A DNA stretch of 32,000 nt from Chlamydiota bacterium (GTDB taxonomy: Bacteria; Auribacterota; JACPWU01): the NCBI GenBank assembly GCA_016196885.1, contig JACPWU010000050.1:30001-62000 (forward strand), given 5' to 3'. This document shows, one piece after another, positions 16,323-24,764 of the stretch (the first letter of the stretch is position 1; every line of letters starts with the position of its first letter). Below the pieces are notes generated by a model. It saw only the letters and a program-made list of their open reading frames with translations. It did not search any database and had not been told where the DNA came from. A program made the translations under genes and the position numbers.

Positions 16323-16405
16323 AATGAATCTCCTTAAAATATCAATTTTAATGATCTTTCGAGATCATCGTGTGCGATGAAAGTTCTCCCCATCATGCTT
16401 TTTTT
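16323..16405 (-). repeat. Conserved leader module, copy 2 (directly 5' of the ftsI ATG on the mRNA), including the A7 tract
   Basis: It has the same 40-nt identical block as copy 1. The uORF runs from ATGATG at 16396 to a TAA at 16334-16336 that overlaps the ftsI Shine-Dalgarno (TAAGGAG). Confidence 0.8.
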
Positions 16406-16466
16406 GTAGTCGCCCGATTCATCGGGCAATCCGTGTGCACGGCAGCCCCATAAATGGGGCGACTAC
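16406..16466. repeat. REPIN-like inverted REP doublet with GTAG heads, copy 2 (61 nt, four-way junction)
   Basis: GTAGTCG | CCCGA-ttca-TCGGG | caat CCGT-gtgc-ACGG | ca GCCCCA-taaa-TGGGGC | CGACTAC. The two REP halves differ by a compensated stem change (CCCGA/TCGGG versus CCCCA/TGGGG). Confidence 0.6.
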
Positions 16467-16490
16467 AAGGGCGATTTTCATCCTCCTTTG

Positions 16491-16508
16491 TGCCGACCTC
16501 AGTCGGCA
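16491..16508. repeat. Short GC hairpin TGCCGAC-ctca-GTCGGCA between the REPIN and the type D hairpin (copy 2 only)
   Basis: Perfect 7-bp stem with a 4-nt loop. Confidence 0.5.
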
Positions 16509-16522
16509 TGAATGTTTCATAG

Positions 16523-16649
16523 CAAAAATCAAAATGCAAAATTCAAAATGACAAATTAAAATTTAAAACAATCATGCAAGACTGAGAGTCAATATATTTT
16601 GATTTTTAATACGTCATTTTGATATTTAATTTTTAATTTTTGATTTTTT
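16523..16649. repeat. Type D heptamer hairpin, copy 2
   Basis: caaaaatcaaaatgcaaaattcaaaatgacaaatt ... ttttgatttttaatacgtcattttgatatttaatttttaatttttgatttttt. The element ends 1 nt from the ftsL stop (16650). Confidence 0.8.
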
Positions 16650-17081
16650 CTAATCCATTCCCTTCCCTGCCACGCTTAGCAAAGACGCCGAATCCAGACT
16701 CTCTTTCCCCCAATCAGAACTCATTAAATCATCTTCGTAAAACACAGGTTCCTCATGAAGCTTCACCACTTTCAACACATCTGACATCGCCAAACCCAAT
16801 CCCTCTTCCTCCGCCTTTATCATGATACGACTGGGCATTTTTAACGCCGAGAGATCCGTTTCCAAAGTTCTCTCATGCTTAGAAAGCTCTAACGCCATTC
16901 TTTCCTTTTCCTTAATTTGATACCCCATCCGAACCACCTGCACGTTTTGCCACACGTAAAAAAGTGCCAAGAAAATTCCAAAAACCAAACAAAGAAAAGT
17001 TCTCACCACCACACTCCATCGCGTGACTCCGGCCTGTCTTCGTCTCGCCTTCAAATAGGCTTGACTGTAATAACGTCTCAT
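16650..17081 (-). CDS. ftsL: Cell division protein FtsL
   Basis: Basic N-terminus, a single TM (VVVRTFLCLVFGIFLALFYVW), a coiled coil, then PSRIMIKAEEEGLGL, the typical FtsL C-motif. It lies between rsmH and ftsI. I prefer the ATG at 17081 (MRRYYSQ), which has GGGGGTGA upstream; the ORF-track start at 17123 lies in the type A repeat. Confidence 0.8.
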   Translation of the reverse strand: MRRYYSQAYLKARRRQAGVTRWSVVVRTFLCLVFGIFLALFYVWQNVQVVRMGYQIKEKERMALELSKHERTLETDLSALKMPSRIMIKAEEEGLGLAMSDVLKVVKLHEEPVFYEDDLMSSDWGKESLDSASLLSVAGKGMD

Positions 17082-17103
17082 GAAAATCACCCCCTTTTTT
17101 TTA

Positions 17104-17210
17104 TGACCAATGACCCATTTCAAATGTCAAATGAATGGACAATGACCCGATGTTCAATTGGACATTGACTCATTGGAAATTCATTTGTTATTGGTCATTG
17201 GTCATTTGAA
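17104..17210. repeat. Type A heptamer hairpin, copy 3, centred on CAATTG 17155-17160
   Basis: tgaccaatgaccc...aatgtcaaatgaatggacaatgacccgatgttcaattggacattgactcattggaaattcatttgttattggtcattggtca. By my hand alignment it has 8 mismatches in about 79 nt against copy 1. It ends 1 nt from the rsmH stop. Confidence 0.85.
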
Positions 17211-17211
17211 A

Positions 17212-18123
17212 TTATATTTTCTCTATCGCCCTTAACCTGGCACTCCTCGCTCTTCGATTCTCACGCACCTCTTCTGGAGAAGGTCTCAGAGGTTTACGCG
17301 TTAAAATTTTAACCACCCCAGACCCTCCAGATTCATCCCCCCCTTTGACAGAACAGCCTCTAAAAAACCGTTTCACCAAACCGTCCTCTAAAGAATGAAA
17401 AGAAATAACGACCCATCGTCCGCCTGACCTCAAGGCACGAAGCGCCTGAGGCAACACCTCTTCCAAGGCTCCCATCTCATCATTCACATAAATTCTTAAG
17501 GCTTGAAAAACTCTCGTCGCCGGGTGAATTTTTTGATTTTGATAACGCCGTCCGATTGTTTTCTCAACCAGGTCAGCCAATTGAAAGGAATTCTGCAAAG
17601 GAAGTTGTCTTCGGGATTGAACAATGGCTCTTGCGATTTTGCGGGCATAACGCTCTTCGCCCAGATCAAAAAAAATTCGGCTCAGCTCCTCTTCACTTGA
17701 ATCGCGCAACACTTCTCGAGCTGTACATCCCTTGGAAACATCCATTCTCATATCCAAAGGTCCCGAATTGGAAAAACTAAAACCACGCTCAACATCTTCT
17801 AATTGATAAGAGGAAAAGCCTAAATCCATCAGGATTGCGTCCACCTGACTTACTTGAAGAGATTTCAAATGGCTTTCTAAATTTCTAAAATTGCCATGAA
17901 CCCATCGAATGTCATCATTGAAATCTCTCAAATTTTCCTTCGCAACTTCCAAGGTACGCTCGTCTTGATCCATAGCGATCAAACTCCCCCCTGGCAAAAT
18001 TCCTTTTAAAATCTCCCTCGAATGACCTCCCAAACCAACGGTTGCATCCACCACGGTGCTTCCTGGCTTTAAATTCAGAAACTCCAATGCTTCTCTTAGA
18101 AAAACACTAACGTGCGTAAACAA
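17212..18123 (-). CDS. rsmH: 16S rRNA (cytosine1402-N4)-methyltransferase RsmH/MraW
   Basis: HVSVFLREALEFL, DATVGLGGHS, DLGFSSYQLE, SFHSLEDGLVK. The apparent start codon is TTG at 18123. Confidence 0.93.
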   Translation of the reverse strand: MFTHVSVFLREALEFLNLKPGSTVVDATVGLGGHSREILKGILPGGSLIAMDQDERTLEVAKENLRDFNDDIRWVHGNFRNLESHLKSLQVSQVDAILMDLGFSSYQLEDVERGFSFSNSGPLDMRMDVSKGCTAREVLRDSSEEELSRIFFDLGEERYARKIARAIVQSRRQLPLQNSFQLADLVEKTIGRRYQNQKIHPATRVFQALRIYVNDEMGALEEVLPQALRALRSGGRWVVISFHSLEDGLVKRFFRGCSVKGGDESGGSGVVKILTRKPLRPSPEEVRENRRARSARLRAIEKI

Positions 18124-18141
18124 TGTTCAAACTCTTTTTAA

Positions 18142-18225
18142 AGCGTACAGCGTTCAGCGGACAGCGGACAGTTTGAAGGAACTTATTTTTCTGTCCGCTG
18201 TACGCTGAACGATGTACGCCGAACG
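18142..18225. repeat. Type B heptamer hairpin (GCGTWCA/GCGGACA units), copy 2
   Basis: agcgtac agcgttc agcggac agcggac ag pairs with ctgtccgctgtacgctgaacgatgtacgc. I count 29 paired positions with 2 internal mismatches and a 19-nt loop. It sits in the mraZ stop (18230) to rsmH start spacer. Confidence 0.85.
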
Positions 18226-18229
18226 GTCC

Positions 18230-18679
18230 TTAAATCCCCTGCCCGTCCATCAACAATTTTTCAGCAATCTCTTCATAACTCTTGGTAGATTCAGCCACAA
18301 AATGATCCCAAGCCGTCTGGTCCCAAATCTCAATGCGATTCAGCACCCCGACCAGCACCACATCCTTGCGAATATCGGCATAACTCAAAAGAGGTTGAGG
18401 AATGATAATGCGCCCCTGCTTATCACTCACCACTTCAAAAGCCCCGGAAAAAAACATCCGCGAAAAATGTCTAGACGTACTTTGAGTCATGGGAAGGTTT
18501 TTCAATTTCTGCTCAATCAAGTTCCAATCGGGTTCTGTAAAAACAAAAATGGATTTTTCTAAACCTCTCGTGAGAAAAAATCTCTCCACGTAAACCTCTT
18601 TAACGGCCTCGCGGAATTTGGAAGGAATCAAAACGCGGTTCTTATGATCTAAGGAGTGACGATACTCACCGTAAAACAT
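18230..18679 (-). CDS. mraZ: Transcriptional regulator MraZ
   Basis: MFYGEYRHSLDHKNRVLIPSKFRE, followed by a second SpoVT/AbrB-like repeat (VVSDKQGRIIIPQPL). It is the first gene of the dcw cluster. Confidence 0.93.
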   Translation of the reverse strand: MFYGEYRHSLDHKNRVLIPSKFREAVKEVYVERFFLTRGLEKSIFVFTEPDWNLIEQKLKNLPMTQSTSRHFSRMFFSGAFEVVSDKQGRIIIPQPLLSYADIRKDVVLVGVLNRIEIWDQTAWDHFVAESTKSYEEIAEKLLMDGQGI

Positions 18680-18750
18680 TTGCGGGTCCTTTTTATCTTA
18701 TTAAACGCCTTTACCAGCCCCTGTTCCCGCTTCCCCTAAAGAAGAATATA

Positions 18751-18778
18751 TACCACAATACACCACTTTTCACCACTT
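18751..18778 (-). promoter_or_regulatory. Three direct GTGGT boxes with 10-bp phasing: candidate MraZ operator
   Basis: The minus strand reads AAGTGGTG-AA-AAGTGGTG-TA-TTGTGGTA. The boxes lie immediately downstream of the -10, at about +1 to +30. Confidence 0.5.
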
Positions 18779-18785
18779 TGATATC

Positions 18786-18814
18786 AGTTTAAGGCTCTTT
18801 TCCCCCACTGTCAA
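18786..18814 (-). promoter_or_regulatory. Sigma70-type promoter of the dcw operon (TTGACA-17 nt-TAAACT)
   Basis: On the minus strand, TTGACA is the reverse complement of 18809-18814 and TAAACT is the reverse complement of 18786-18791. The spacer is 17 nt and the promoter is about 100 nt upstream of the mraZ ATG. Confidence 0.55.
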
Positions 18815-18821
18815 CGAAAAT

Positions 18822-18915
18822 AGCGTTCAGCATTCAGCGTTCAGCGTTCAGCGTTCAGCGTTCAGAAAAAAACAAGCTCCTTTAAACTGTCGCTATACGC
18901 TGAACGCTGTACGCT
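18822..18915. repeat. Type B heptamer hairpin, copy 3, with six tandem AGCRTTC units
   Basis: agcgttc agcattc agcgttc agcgttc agcgttc agcgttc ag ... ctgtcgctatacgctgaacgctgtacgct. It lies between the mraZ -35 (8 nt away) and rnpB. Confidence 0.85.
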
Positions 18916-18961
18916 CTATTTTATTGGGGTATTTTTCAGCTAGATTGAGTATATTATTAAT

Positions 18962-19354
18962 GAAGGGAGAGCCGGATGATCGCTCCGACGTAACGTCGGA
19001 GAGGAAAGTCCGAACTCCACAGGGTGAAGTGACTTCTCGTAGAAGTCGGTCGAGCGCTTTTTAAATAAAGTTCAAGACCAGGGAAAGTGCCACAGAGACA
19101 ATACTACTTCGATGCAAATCGAAGGAAAGGTGAAAAGAGAAGGGATGTTCGAAAGAGCTACTCTTCTCTCCGATGAGTACAAGCTCTATCGGAGTGGAAA
19201 ACCCCACTTGGAGCGAGATCAAATAAAAGACCGTGAGGTACCCGCCTCCCGTTGACTGAATCGACAGGTCTTGGGTAAGATCGCATAAGAGAAATGATCA
19301 TCACGGGCCGTCTAAAAACGGCCTGACAGAATTCGGCTTACAGGCTCTTCCTTC
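18962..19354 (+). ncRNA. rnpB: RNase P RNA (bacterial type)
   Basis: P1 pairing is GAAGGGAGAGCC (5') with GGCTCTTCCTTC (3'). The universally conserved P4 strands GAGGAAAGTCCG (19011-19022) and ACAGAATTCGGCTTA (19326-19340) are present, as are GGGAAAGTGCCACAGA-type internal motifs. A T6 run follows the 3' end. Confidence 0.9.
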
Positions 19355-19360
19355 ATTTTT

Positions 19361-19651
19361 TCACCCACCCAACCTTCCATCCCTGAAGAATTGAAGCGTG
19401 TGAATGGTAAAAATTGAGATGCCAATGGAAATTCTTAAAAGCCTGAAAAATTGAATTCGAAAGGTATCTTGTTTGGAACGAAGCATGCCCGCCACTCCAT
19501 CACTGACCAAAAGAACTCCAGCCGCAAATGCCCAATAATCCACAACCACAGGCCCAGATTTTGAAAAAAACGTATGCCACGTAGAGAAACAACTCAACGC
19601 CGCGATTAAAAATGCAAAGGCCAAAAGATATTTCTTTTCGGCAAAGTCCAT
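19361..19651 (-). CDS. Small hypothetical membrane protein (about 3 TM)
   Basis: The ATG at 19651 (MDFAEKKY) has GAAGGAG 7 nt upstream. Hydrophobic segments are LLAFAFLIAALSCF, YWAFAAGVLLVSDGVAGM and LLRISIGISIFTI. I recognise no family. Confidence 0.5.
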   Translation of the reverse strand: MDFAEKKYLLAFAFLIAALSCFSTWHTFFSKSGPVVVDYWAFAAGVLLVSDGVAGMLRSKQDTFRIQFFRLLRISIGISIFTIHTLQFFRDGRLGG

Positions 19652-19661
19652 AAGCACTCCT

Positions 19662-20318
19662 TCAAAATTTTTCATTCCATTCAGGGGATAAATATTTTTC
19701 ATGCAAAAAGGGCAAGGCTTCCAAAGAGCAAATCATAGAATCTGAATCCTGAAAATTCAAATCAAAAACTTTTGAAAAGGCTTGATGAATTTGATAAATT
19801 AAATCGTTTCTCTCAATCCCATTTTCTAAATGGATAGATCCTTGATGAAGTAAAAATCCCCTTCTTCTGCGCTGAGCCCCTCCTGCTATTTTTCGAGATT
19901 CTACCACAAGATCTCCCTTCACAGGCGTTTGAAAACAAAAATTTCCCTCTTGACTCTTGCCTTCATAAACTTCAGCGGATACGCCTAAGGAAACAAACGC
20001 ATTTTTCAAAACCCCATGAATCCAGCCATAACTCTCTTGGATATTTTTTAAGAAAGGAACCGATTCCAAAGCAAGGACGAGAGAAAAAGTTAAATCATCT
20101 CCATGGGGAACAATCCCTCCACCCGTCCAGCGACGCACAAAAGGACGATCTAAAGAGAGATCCCCATTTATCTTTTGAAAATAACCAATGGAATAACTAA
20201 AGGTTTCCCAATCATAAAAACGCAAAGCAGGAATCTCAGCCAGTAAAAGGCCCTCGTCAACAGCCATGTTCCAGGCAGGATCACGGGGAGGGGTTTCAAA
20301 AACAATTAATTTATACAT
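19662..20318 (-). CDS. Lipoate-protein ligase / octanoyltransferase family protein (LplA/LipM-like catalytic domain only)
   Basis: PAWNMAVDEGLL, RRWTGGGIVPHGDDLTFSLV, and RKIAGGAQRRRRGFLLHQGSI, which contains the family's conserved Lys. It follows the gcv genes directly. I prefer the ATG at 20318 (MYKLIVFE); the ORF-track extension lies in the type A repeat. Confidence 0.75.
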   Translation of the reverse strand: MYKLIVFETPPRDPAWNMAVDEGLLLAEIPALRFYDWETFSYSIGYFQKINGDLSLDRPFVRRWTGGGIVPHGDDLTFSLVLALESVPFLKNIQESYGWIHGVLKNAFVSLGVSAEVYEGKSQEGNFCFQTPVKGDLVVESRKIAGGAQRRRRGFLLHQGSIHLENGIERNDLIYQIHQAFSKVFDLNFQDSDSMICSLEALPFLHEKYLSPEWNEKF

Positions 20319-20324
20319 AATCTC

Positions 20325-20438
20325 AAATTTCCAATGACCCATTCCCAATGTCAAATGAATGACCCATGACTCAATATCCAATTGGACATTCGATCATTGG
20401 AAATTAACTTGTCATTGGCAATTGAGAATTGGAAATGA
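20325..20438. repeat. Type A heptamer hairpin, copy 4, centred on CAATTG 20379-20384
   Basis: aaatttccaatgacccattcccaatgtcaaatgaatgacccatgactcaatatccaattggacattcgatcattggaaattaacttgtcattggcaattgagaattggaaatga. It sits between the gcvPB stop (20445) and the ligase start. Confidence 0.85.
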
Positions 20439-20444
20439 TCAAAG

Positions 20445-21881
20445 TTACCAAACCAGTCTTAATTCTTTGGCCGCCGCAACTTCATCCAATCGCCGAACAG
20501 GTGTTTCGGTTGGAGCTTGATGAAGTTTTTCGGGAGCGTTTTGGGCCTCCCGGGCAATCTGAACCATCAAATCTGCGTAAGCATCTAAGGTCTCTCGGGT
20601 TTCCGTCTCAGTCGGTTCTATCATCATGGCCTCCTCCACAATCAAAGGAAAATAAACGGTCGGAGGGTGCATTCCAAAATCTAAAAGTCTTTTCGCAATA
20701 TCAAGTGCACGAACACCATGCTTCACATAAGGCTTGGCCGAGACCACGAATTCATGCATAAAGGGACCTGGGAAAGGAGTTTCGAAAATTTTCTTCAATT
20801 TCGAAAAAAGATAATTGGCATTGAGAACAGCCGCTTGTCCTGTTTTCTCAAGTCCTTCCTTACCTAAAGCCTTGATATACGTATAGGCTCGAACCAAAAT
20901 CCCCACATTGCCGTAAAAAGACCGTACGCGACCTACAGAATCGGGGAGATTTTCATTCAAAAAATATTCTCCCTCTTTTTTTTCAATCACAGGTGTGGGT
21001 AAAAATTTTGCCAAATGCGCTTTCACCCCGACAGGCCCAGCACCGGGACCTCCACCCCCATGGGGGGTCGAGAAGGTTTTATGCAAATTCAAATGAACCA
21101 TGTCAAATCCCATATCTCCGGGCCTGGCCAAACCCAAGAGTGGATTCAAATTTGCTCCATCATAATAAAGGAGCGCCCCTATTTTATGCATGTCTTTGGC
21201 AACGCGAAGAATATCCCTCTCAAAAAGGCCCAGCGTATTAGGATTGGTCAGCATGAGACAAGCCACATCCGGATTCAGAACCTTTTCCAGGGCCTCGGAA
21301 TCAATATGGCCCTTGGCATCCGAAGGAACAGAGACCACGGTGAAGCCCGCCAAATGGGCACTGGAAGGATTGGTCCCGTGTGCAGAATCAGGGACAATCA
21401 CCTGGGTTCTCTTTTGGCCCAACGAATCAAAATAGGCCCGCACGATGAGCATGCCTAAAAATTCACCCTGCGCCCCGGCACAGGACTGGAGACAAAATCG
21501 GTCCATCCCTGAAATCTCAGAGAGGAGTTTTTCCAATTCATAAAGCAAAGACAAAATCCCTTGAGAAAGATGAGCGGGTTGAAGAGGATGCACCTTTGCA
21601 AACCCTGATAAAGAGGCAGCTACCTCATTCATTTTCGGATTGTATTTCATGGAACAGGAGCCCAGTGGATAAAAATTGGAATCTATCGAAAAATTCAAAC
21701 GCGACAAATGCGTATAATGTCTGACCACCTCGAGTTCACTTAAAGAGGGAAGGCCATTTTCACTTTCCCTTAAAAATTCTTGGGGGATCACTTGAATACT
21801 TTGAAAAGGGCCTGTGTCTTCCCCGGGCAATGAATAGGCACGACGACCTTCCTTACTTAATTCAAAAAGAGTTTTTTCCAT
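20445..21881 (-). CDS. gcvPB: Glycine dehydrogenase (decarboxylating) subunit 2
   Basis: LGSCSMKYNP and NLHKTFSTPHGGGGPGAGPVGV (the PLP-lysine region). Confidence 0.95.
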   Translation of the reverse strand: MEKTLFELSKEGRRAYSLPGEDTGPFQSIQVIPQEFLRESENGLPSLSELEVVRHYTHLSRLNFSIDSNFYPLGSCSMKYNPKMNEVAASLSGFAKVHPLQPAHLSQGILSLLYELEKLLSEISGMDRFCLQSCAGAQGEFLGMLIVRAYFDSLGQKRTQVIVPDSAHGTNPSSAHLAGFTVVSVPSDAKGHIDSEALEKVLNPDVACLMLTNPNTLGLFERDILRVAKDMHKIGALLYYDGANLNPLLGLARPGDMGFDMVHLNLHKTFSTPHGGGGPGAGPVGVKAHLAKFLPTPVIEKKEGEYFLNENLPDSVGRVRSFYGNVGILVRAYTYIKALGKEGLEKTGQAAVLNANYLFSKLKKIFETPFPGPFMHEFVVSAKPYVKHGVRALDIAKRLLDFGMHPPTVYFPLIVEEAMMIEPTETETRETLDAYADLMVQIAREAQNAPEKLHQAPTETPVRRLDEVAAAKELRLVW

Positions 21882-23238
21882 GTTCTACCGTCTCGTTAGC
21901 CTCTTGGGCCAGCTTTTCCACAAAGTGTTTTATTTTTTGATCGCTCATCATCTCTGTCACACAAACCAAAAGCGCATCATCCAAATCGGGATAAAAAGGC
22001 TTCAGATGAAGCCCAGGAATAATCTTTTTCTTTTGCATTCTGCGAATCAATTCTTCGGGATTCATGGGAACACGAATCACAAATTCGTTGAAGAAAGGCT
22101 CCGGGAAGGCGAGAGAAAATCCAGGAACACGGGTCATCAGATCGGCCAAATCATGGGCCTTTTTGAGATTGAGAAGTGAAACCTTCTTGAAACCTTCAGG
22201 ACCCATCACGCAAAGATAGAGAGCCCCCATCAAGGCATTCAAAGATTGATTGGTGCAAATGTTGGAGGTGGCCTTCTCCCGCCGAATATGCTGCTCCCGG
22301 GCCTGCAAGGTGAGAACAAATCCCCGCCTACCATCGAGATCCTTCGTCATCCCAACCAGACGGCCAGGCATCTTTCTCACAAATTCCTTCCGACATGTCA
22401 TGAATCCAAAAGAGGGCCCACCAAATTGAAGGACATTTCCAAGACTTTGTCCCTCCCCCACACAAATGTCAGCACCCAACTCTCCAGGAGATTTCAAAAC
22501 ACCGAGCGCGATCGGATAAGCGACCAAAATAAAAAGAGCCCCATAACGCTTGCACAACTTTCCCGCCTCTTCCATTTTTTCAAGGCAGCCCAAAAAGTTG
22601 GGCCATTGCGCAATAAAGGCCGTCGCCCCTTTTTTGAGTTCATCTTCGAGCTTTTCAAAATCCGTTACCCCCCCACGTCTTGGAATTTCAACAATCGCCT
22701 CAGCGGTTGCTGTTAAATAGGTTTTAAAAACTTCCCGATATTGAGGGTTCACGGTTTCTGAGACGAGAATTCTATCTCCACTCCCCTGAACTCTCATGGC
22801 CATCAGTGCGGCTTCTGCCACGGCTGAAGAGCCATCGTAAAGAGAGGCATTGGAAACATCGAGACCCGTTAAACGGGCCATCATGGTTTGATATTCGAAA
22901 ATCGCCTGAAGCGTCCCTTGACTCGCCTCCGGCTGATAAGGGGTATACGATGTGGAAAATTCTCCCCGAGAAGCCAAGGCATTTACGACGCTCGGAATAA
23001 AATGATGATAAGCCCCTGCACCCAAGAAACTGTCATAGGATTCTACCGTGCCATTGAGATCTGCCTTGGACTTTAAAAGCTGTAAAACTTCATACTCCGA
23101 GAGACCTTTTTCAATCTCGTATTGAGCCCTCTTCACATCTTTTGGAACCAACTGACGGGTTAAATCTTCGAAAGAAGAGAAGCCAATCTCTCGAAGCATT
23201 TCATTCCAATCTTGAGGGGTATGAGGAACAAAATCCAT
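21862..23238 (-). CDS. gcvPA: Glycine dehydrogenase (decarboxylating) subunit 1
   Basis: FLGAGAYHHFIPSVV, YTPYQPEASQGTLQAIFEYQT, EQHIRREKATSNICTNQ. Confidence 0.95.
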   Translation of the reverse strand: MDFVPHTPQDWNEMLREIGFSSFEDLTRQLVPKDVKRAQYEIEKGLSEYEVLQLLKSKADLNGTVESYDSFLGAGAYHHFIPSVVNALASRGEFSTSYTPYQPEASQGTLQAIFEYQTMMARLTGLDVSNASLYDGSSAVAEAALMAMRVQGSGDRILVSETVNPQYREVFKTYLTATAEAIVEIPRRGGVTDFEKLEDELKKGATAFIAQWPNFLGCLEKMEEAGKLCKRYGALFILVAYPIALGVLKSPGELGADICVGEGQSLGNVLQFGGPSFGFMTCRKEFVRKMPGRLVGMTKDLDGRRGFVLTLQAREQHIRREKATSNICTNQSLNALMGALYLCVMGPEGFKKVSLLNLKKAHDLADLMTRVPGFSLAFPEPFFNEFVIRVPMNPEELIRRMQKKKIIPGLHLKPFYPDLDDALLVCVTEMMSDQKIKHFVEKLAQEANETVEHGKNSF

Positions 23239-23625
23239 TCAAGCCTCCACACCAATCAAACGCTGATAATCCTGTGCACTCAAAAGCTCTGTGGCCAATG
23301 AATGGGGATCCAGCTGAAGCACAAAAAACCATCCTGAATCATACGGATCCTTATTCACCACACTGGTGTCTTTTGCCAGAGACTCATTGACACGCAGCAC
23401 CGTCCCCGAAAGAGGTGCATAAATATCCGAAGCTGCTTTCACAGATTCTACAACAGCACAAGAATCCTCCGCCTTCAATTTTTGACCCACTTTCGGCAAC
23501 TCCACGAAAACAACATCACCCAATTCATGCTGTGCGAAATCCGTAATTCCGACCACCCCTTCTCCCTTTTCACTGCGCACCCATTCATGCGTTTTTGAAT
23601 ATTTTAAATCCTTTGGTACATTCAT
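23239..23625 (-). CDS. gcvH: Glycine cleavage system H protein
   Basis: YSKTHEWV, ITDFAQHELGDVVFVELP, and the lipoyl-lysine motif VESVKAASDIYAP. The ATG at 23625 has GAGGGGGA upstream. Confidence 0.95.
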   Translation of the reverse strand: MNVPKDLKYSKTHEWVRSEKGEGVVGITDFAQHELGDVVFVELPKVGQKLKAEDSCAVVESVKAASDIYAPLSGTVLRVNESLAKDTSVVNKDPYDSGWFFVLQLDPHSLATELLSAQDYQRLIGVEA

Positions 23626-23633
23626 AATCCCCC

Positions 23634-24764
23634 TCAATTTTGGATTTTGGATTTTAAAGAAGACAATCCACCTTTGTAAAACGGCGTCTTCACTATTTCT
23701 GCCAAGCGCTCCACGCCTCGAATGGAAATATAAATCGGAATCCCTACATGCGCATAAGCAATGTCAATATAGGCTAGACCTATATTTTTACTCAACGTGG
23801 GCGAAAAGGAACCCGAAGTCACAAGACCCATTTCTCTTCCATCCCTCAAGACAGAATGCCCTTGTCTTGGAATGGCCTGATCAATCATTTCAAATCCCAC
23901 CAAGCGGCGTTTCAAACCTTCTTCCCGCTGGCCGATCAAGGCCTGCCGTCCTATAAAATCGCCTTTGTGAAAAGAGATCGTCCACGCAAGCCCTGCCTCT
24001 AAAGGCGTATTTTCCTGGGTCATATCGTGTCCGTAAAGAAGGTATCTCATTTCTAATCTTAAGGTGTCCCGAGCTCCTAACCCCACGGGAATCACCTCAT
24101 GACCGATATCCACCCTAAAAAGCTCATCCCAAAAATCGAGGGCCTTTTCTTTGGGAATAGAAATTTCAAAACCGCTCTCTCCCGTATATCCGGTTCTTGA
24201 AACAAGAAGCTCAACTTCTTTCCATTTCATCTTTTTAAAATGATAATAGCCCATGTCATGAAGTGATGCCCCTAATAATTTTTCCATCAGGAGATCTGCC
24301 AAGGGCCCCTGCACTGCCAAGAAGGCTGTGCCCTGGGACTCATCCAGAAAAGATACATTCTCACCTTTCGCTTGAGTCTTCAGCCATTTCAGATCCTTTT
24401 CCACATTGGACGCATTCACCACCAAATAAAACTCATCCATTTTATTTTGATAAACCAAAATGTCGTCTAAAATTTTCCCCTCTTCATTACACAAAGGGGT
24501 GTACAAAATTTTTCCGTTCTTTAATTTTTTTAAATCATGGGTGATCATTTTTTGAAGAAATTCAAAGGCTTGAGGTCCCCTCACCCACAAACGTCCCATG
24601 TGAGAAATGTCAAAAACCCCAACCTTGCGCCTCACGGCCTGATGCTCCTCTAAAATCCCCCGATAATAAATGGGCATGAGAAAACCAGCAAATTCGGCCA
24701 TGCGGGCGTGAAGCGCGACATGTTTGTCATAAAGAGGAGTTTTTCGAAGAGAAACGTGAGACAT
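23634..24764 (-). CDS. gcvT: Aminomethyltransferase (glycine cleavage T protein)
   Basis: KTPLYDKHVALHARMAEFAGFLMPIYY, VFDISHMGRL, RTGYTGESGFEI. The ATG at 24764 overlaps the upstream TGA (TGATG). Confidence 0.94.
   Translation of the reverse strand: MSHVSLRKTPLYDKHVALHARMAEFAGFLMPIYYRGILEEHQAVRRKVGVFDISHMGRLWVRGPQAFEFLQKMITHDLKKLKNGKILYTPLCNEEGKILDDILVYQNKMDEFYLVVNASNVEKDLKWLKTQAKGENVSFLDESQGTAFLAVQGPLADLLMEKLLGASLHDMGYYHFKKMKWKEVELLVSRTGYTGESGFEISIPKEKALDFWDELFRVDIGHEVIPVGLGARDTLRLEMRYLLYGHDMTQENTPLEAGLAWTISFHKGDFIGRQALIGQREEGLKRRLVGFEMIDQAIPRQGHSVLRDGREMGLVTSGSFSPTLSKNIGLAYIDIAYAHVGIPIYISIRGVERLAEIVKTPFYKGGLSSLKSKIQN

Noticed and set aside
16406-16466. Cloverleaf-shaped 61-nt structure considered as a tRNA or tRNA-like gene
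   Set aside because: It has a four-way junction and a 7-bp closing stem. However, all three arms have 4-nt loops. There is no 7-nt anticodon loop, no T-loop (TTCRA) and no D-loop consensus. It also forms equally on both strands. A REP doublet explains it better.
16466-16490. AAAGGAGG followed by ATG on the minus strand (20-codon ORF MKIALVVAPFMGLPCTRIAR running into the REPIN)
   Set aside because: The SD-like motif abuts the ATG with essentially no spacing. The ORF consists of REP palindrome sequence and is absent from copy 1.
18822-18865. Tandem AGCGTTC array, and the other heptamer arrays, considered as a possible CRISPR array
   Set aside because: The units are 7 nt and directly abutting, with no unique spacers. 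The arrays are arms of palindromes, and no cas genes are in the window.
18916-18961. Promoter for rnpB
   Set aside because: TATATT lies 7 nt upstream of the mature 5' end, but the matching -35 position reads GGGTAT. I could not support a confident promoter call.
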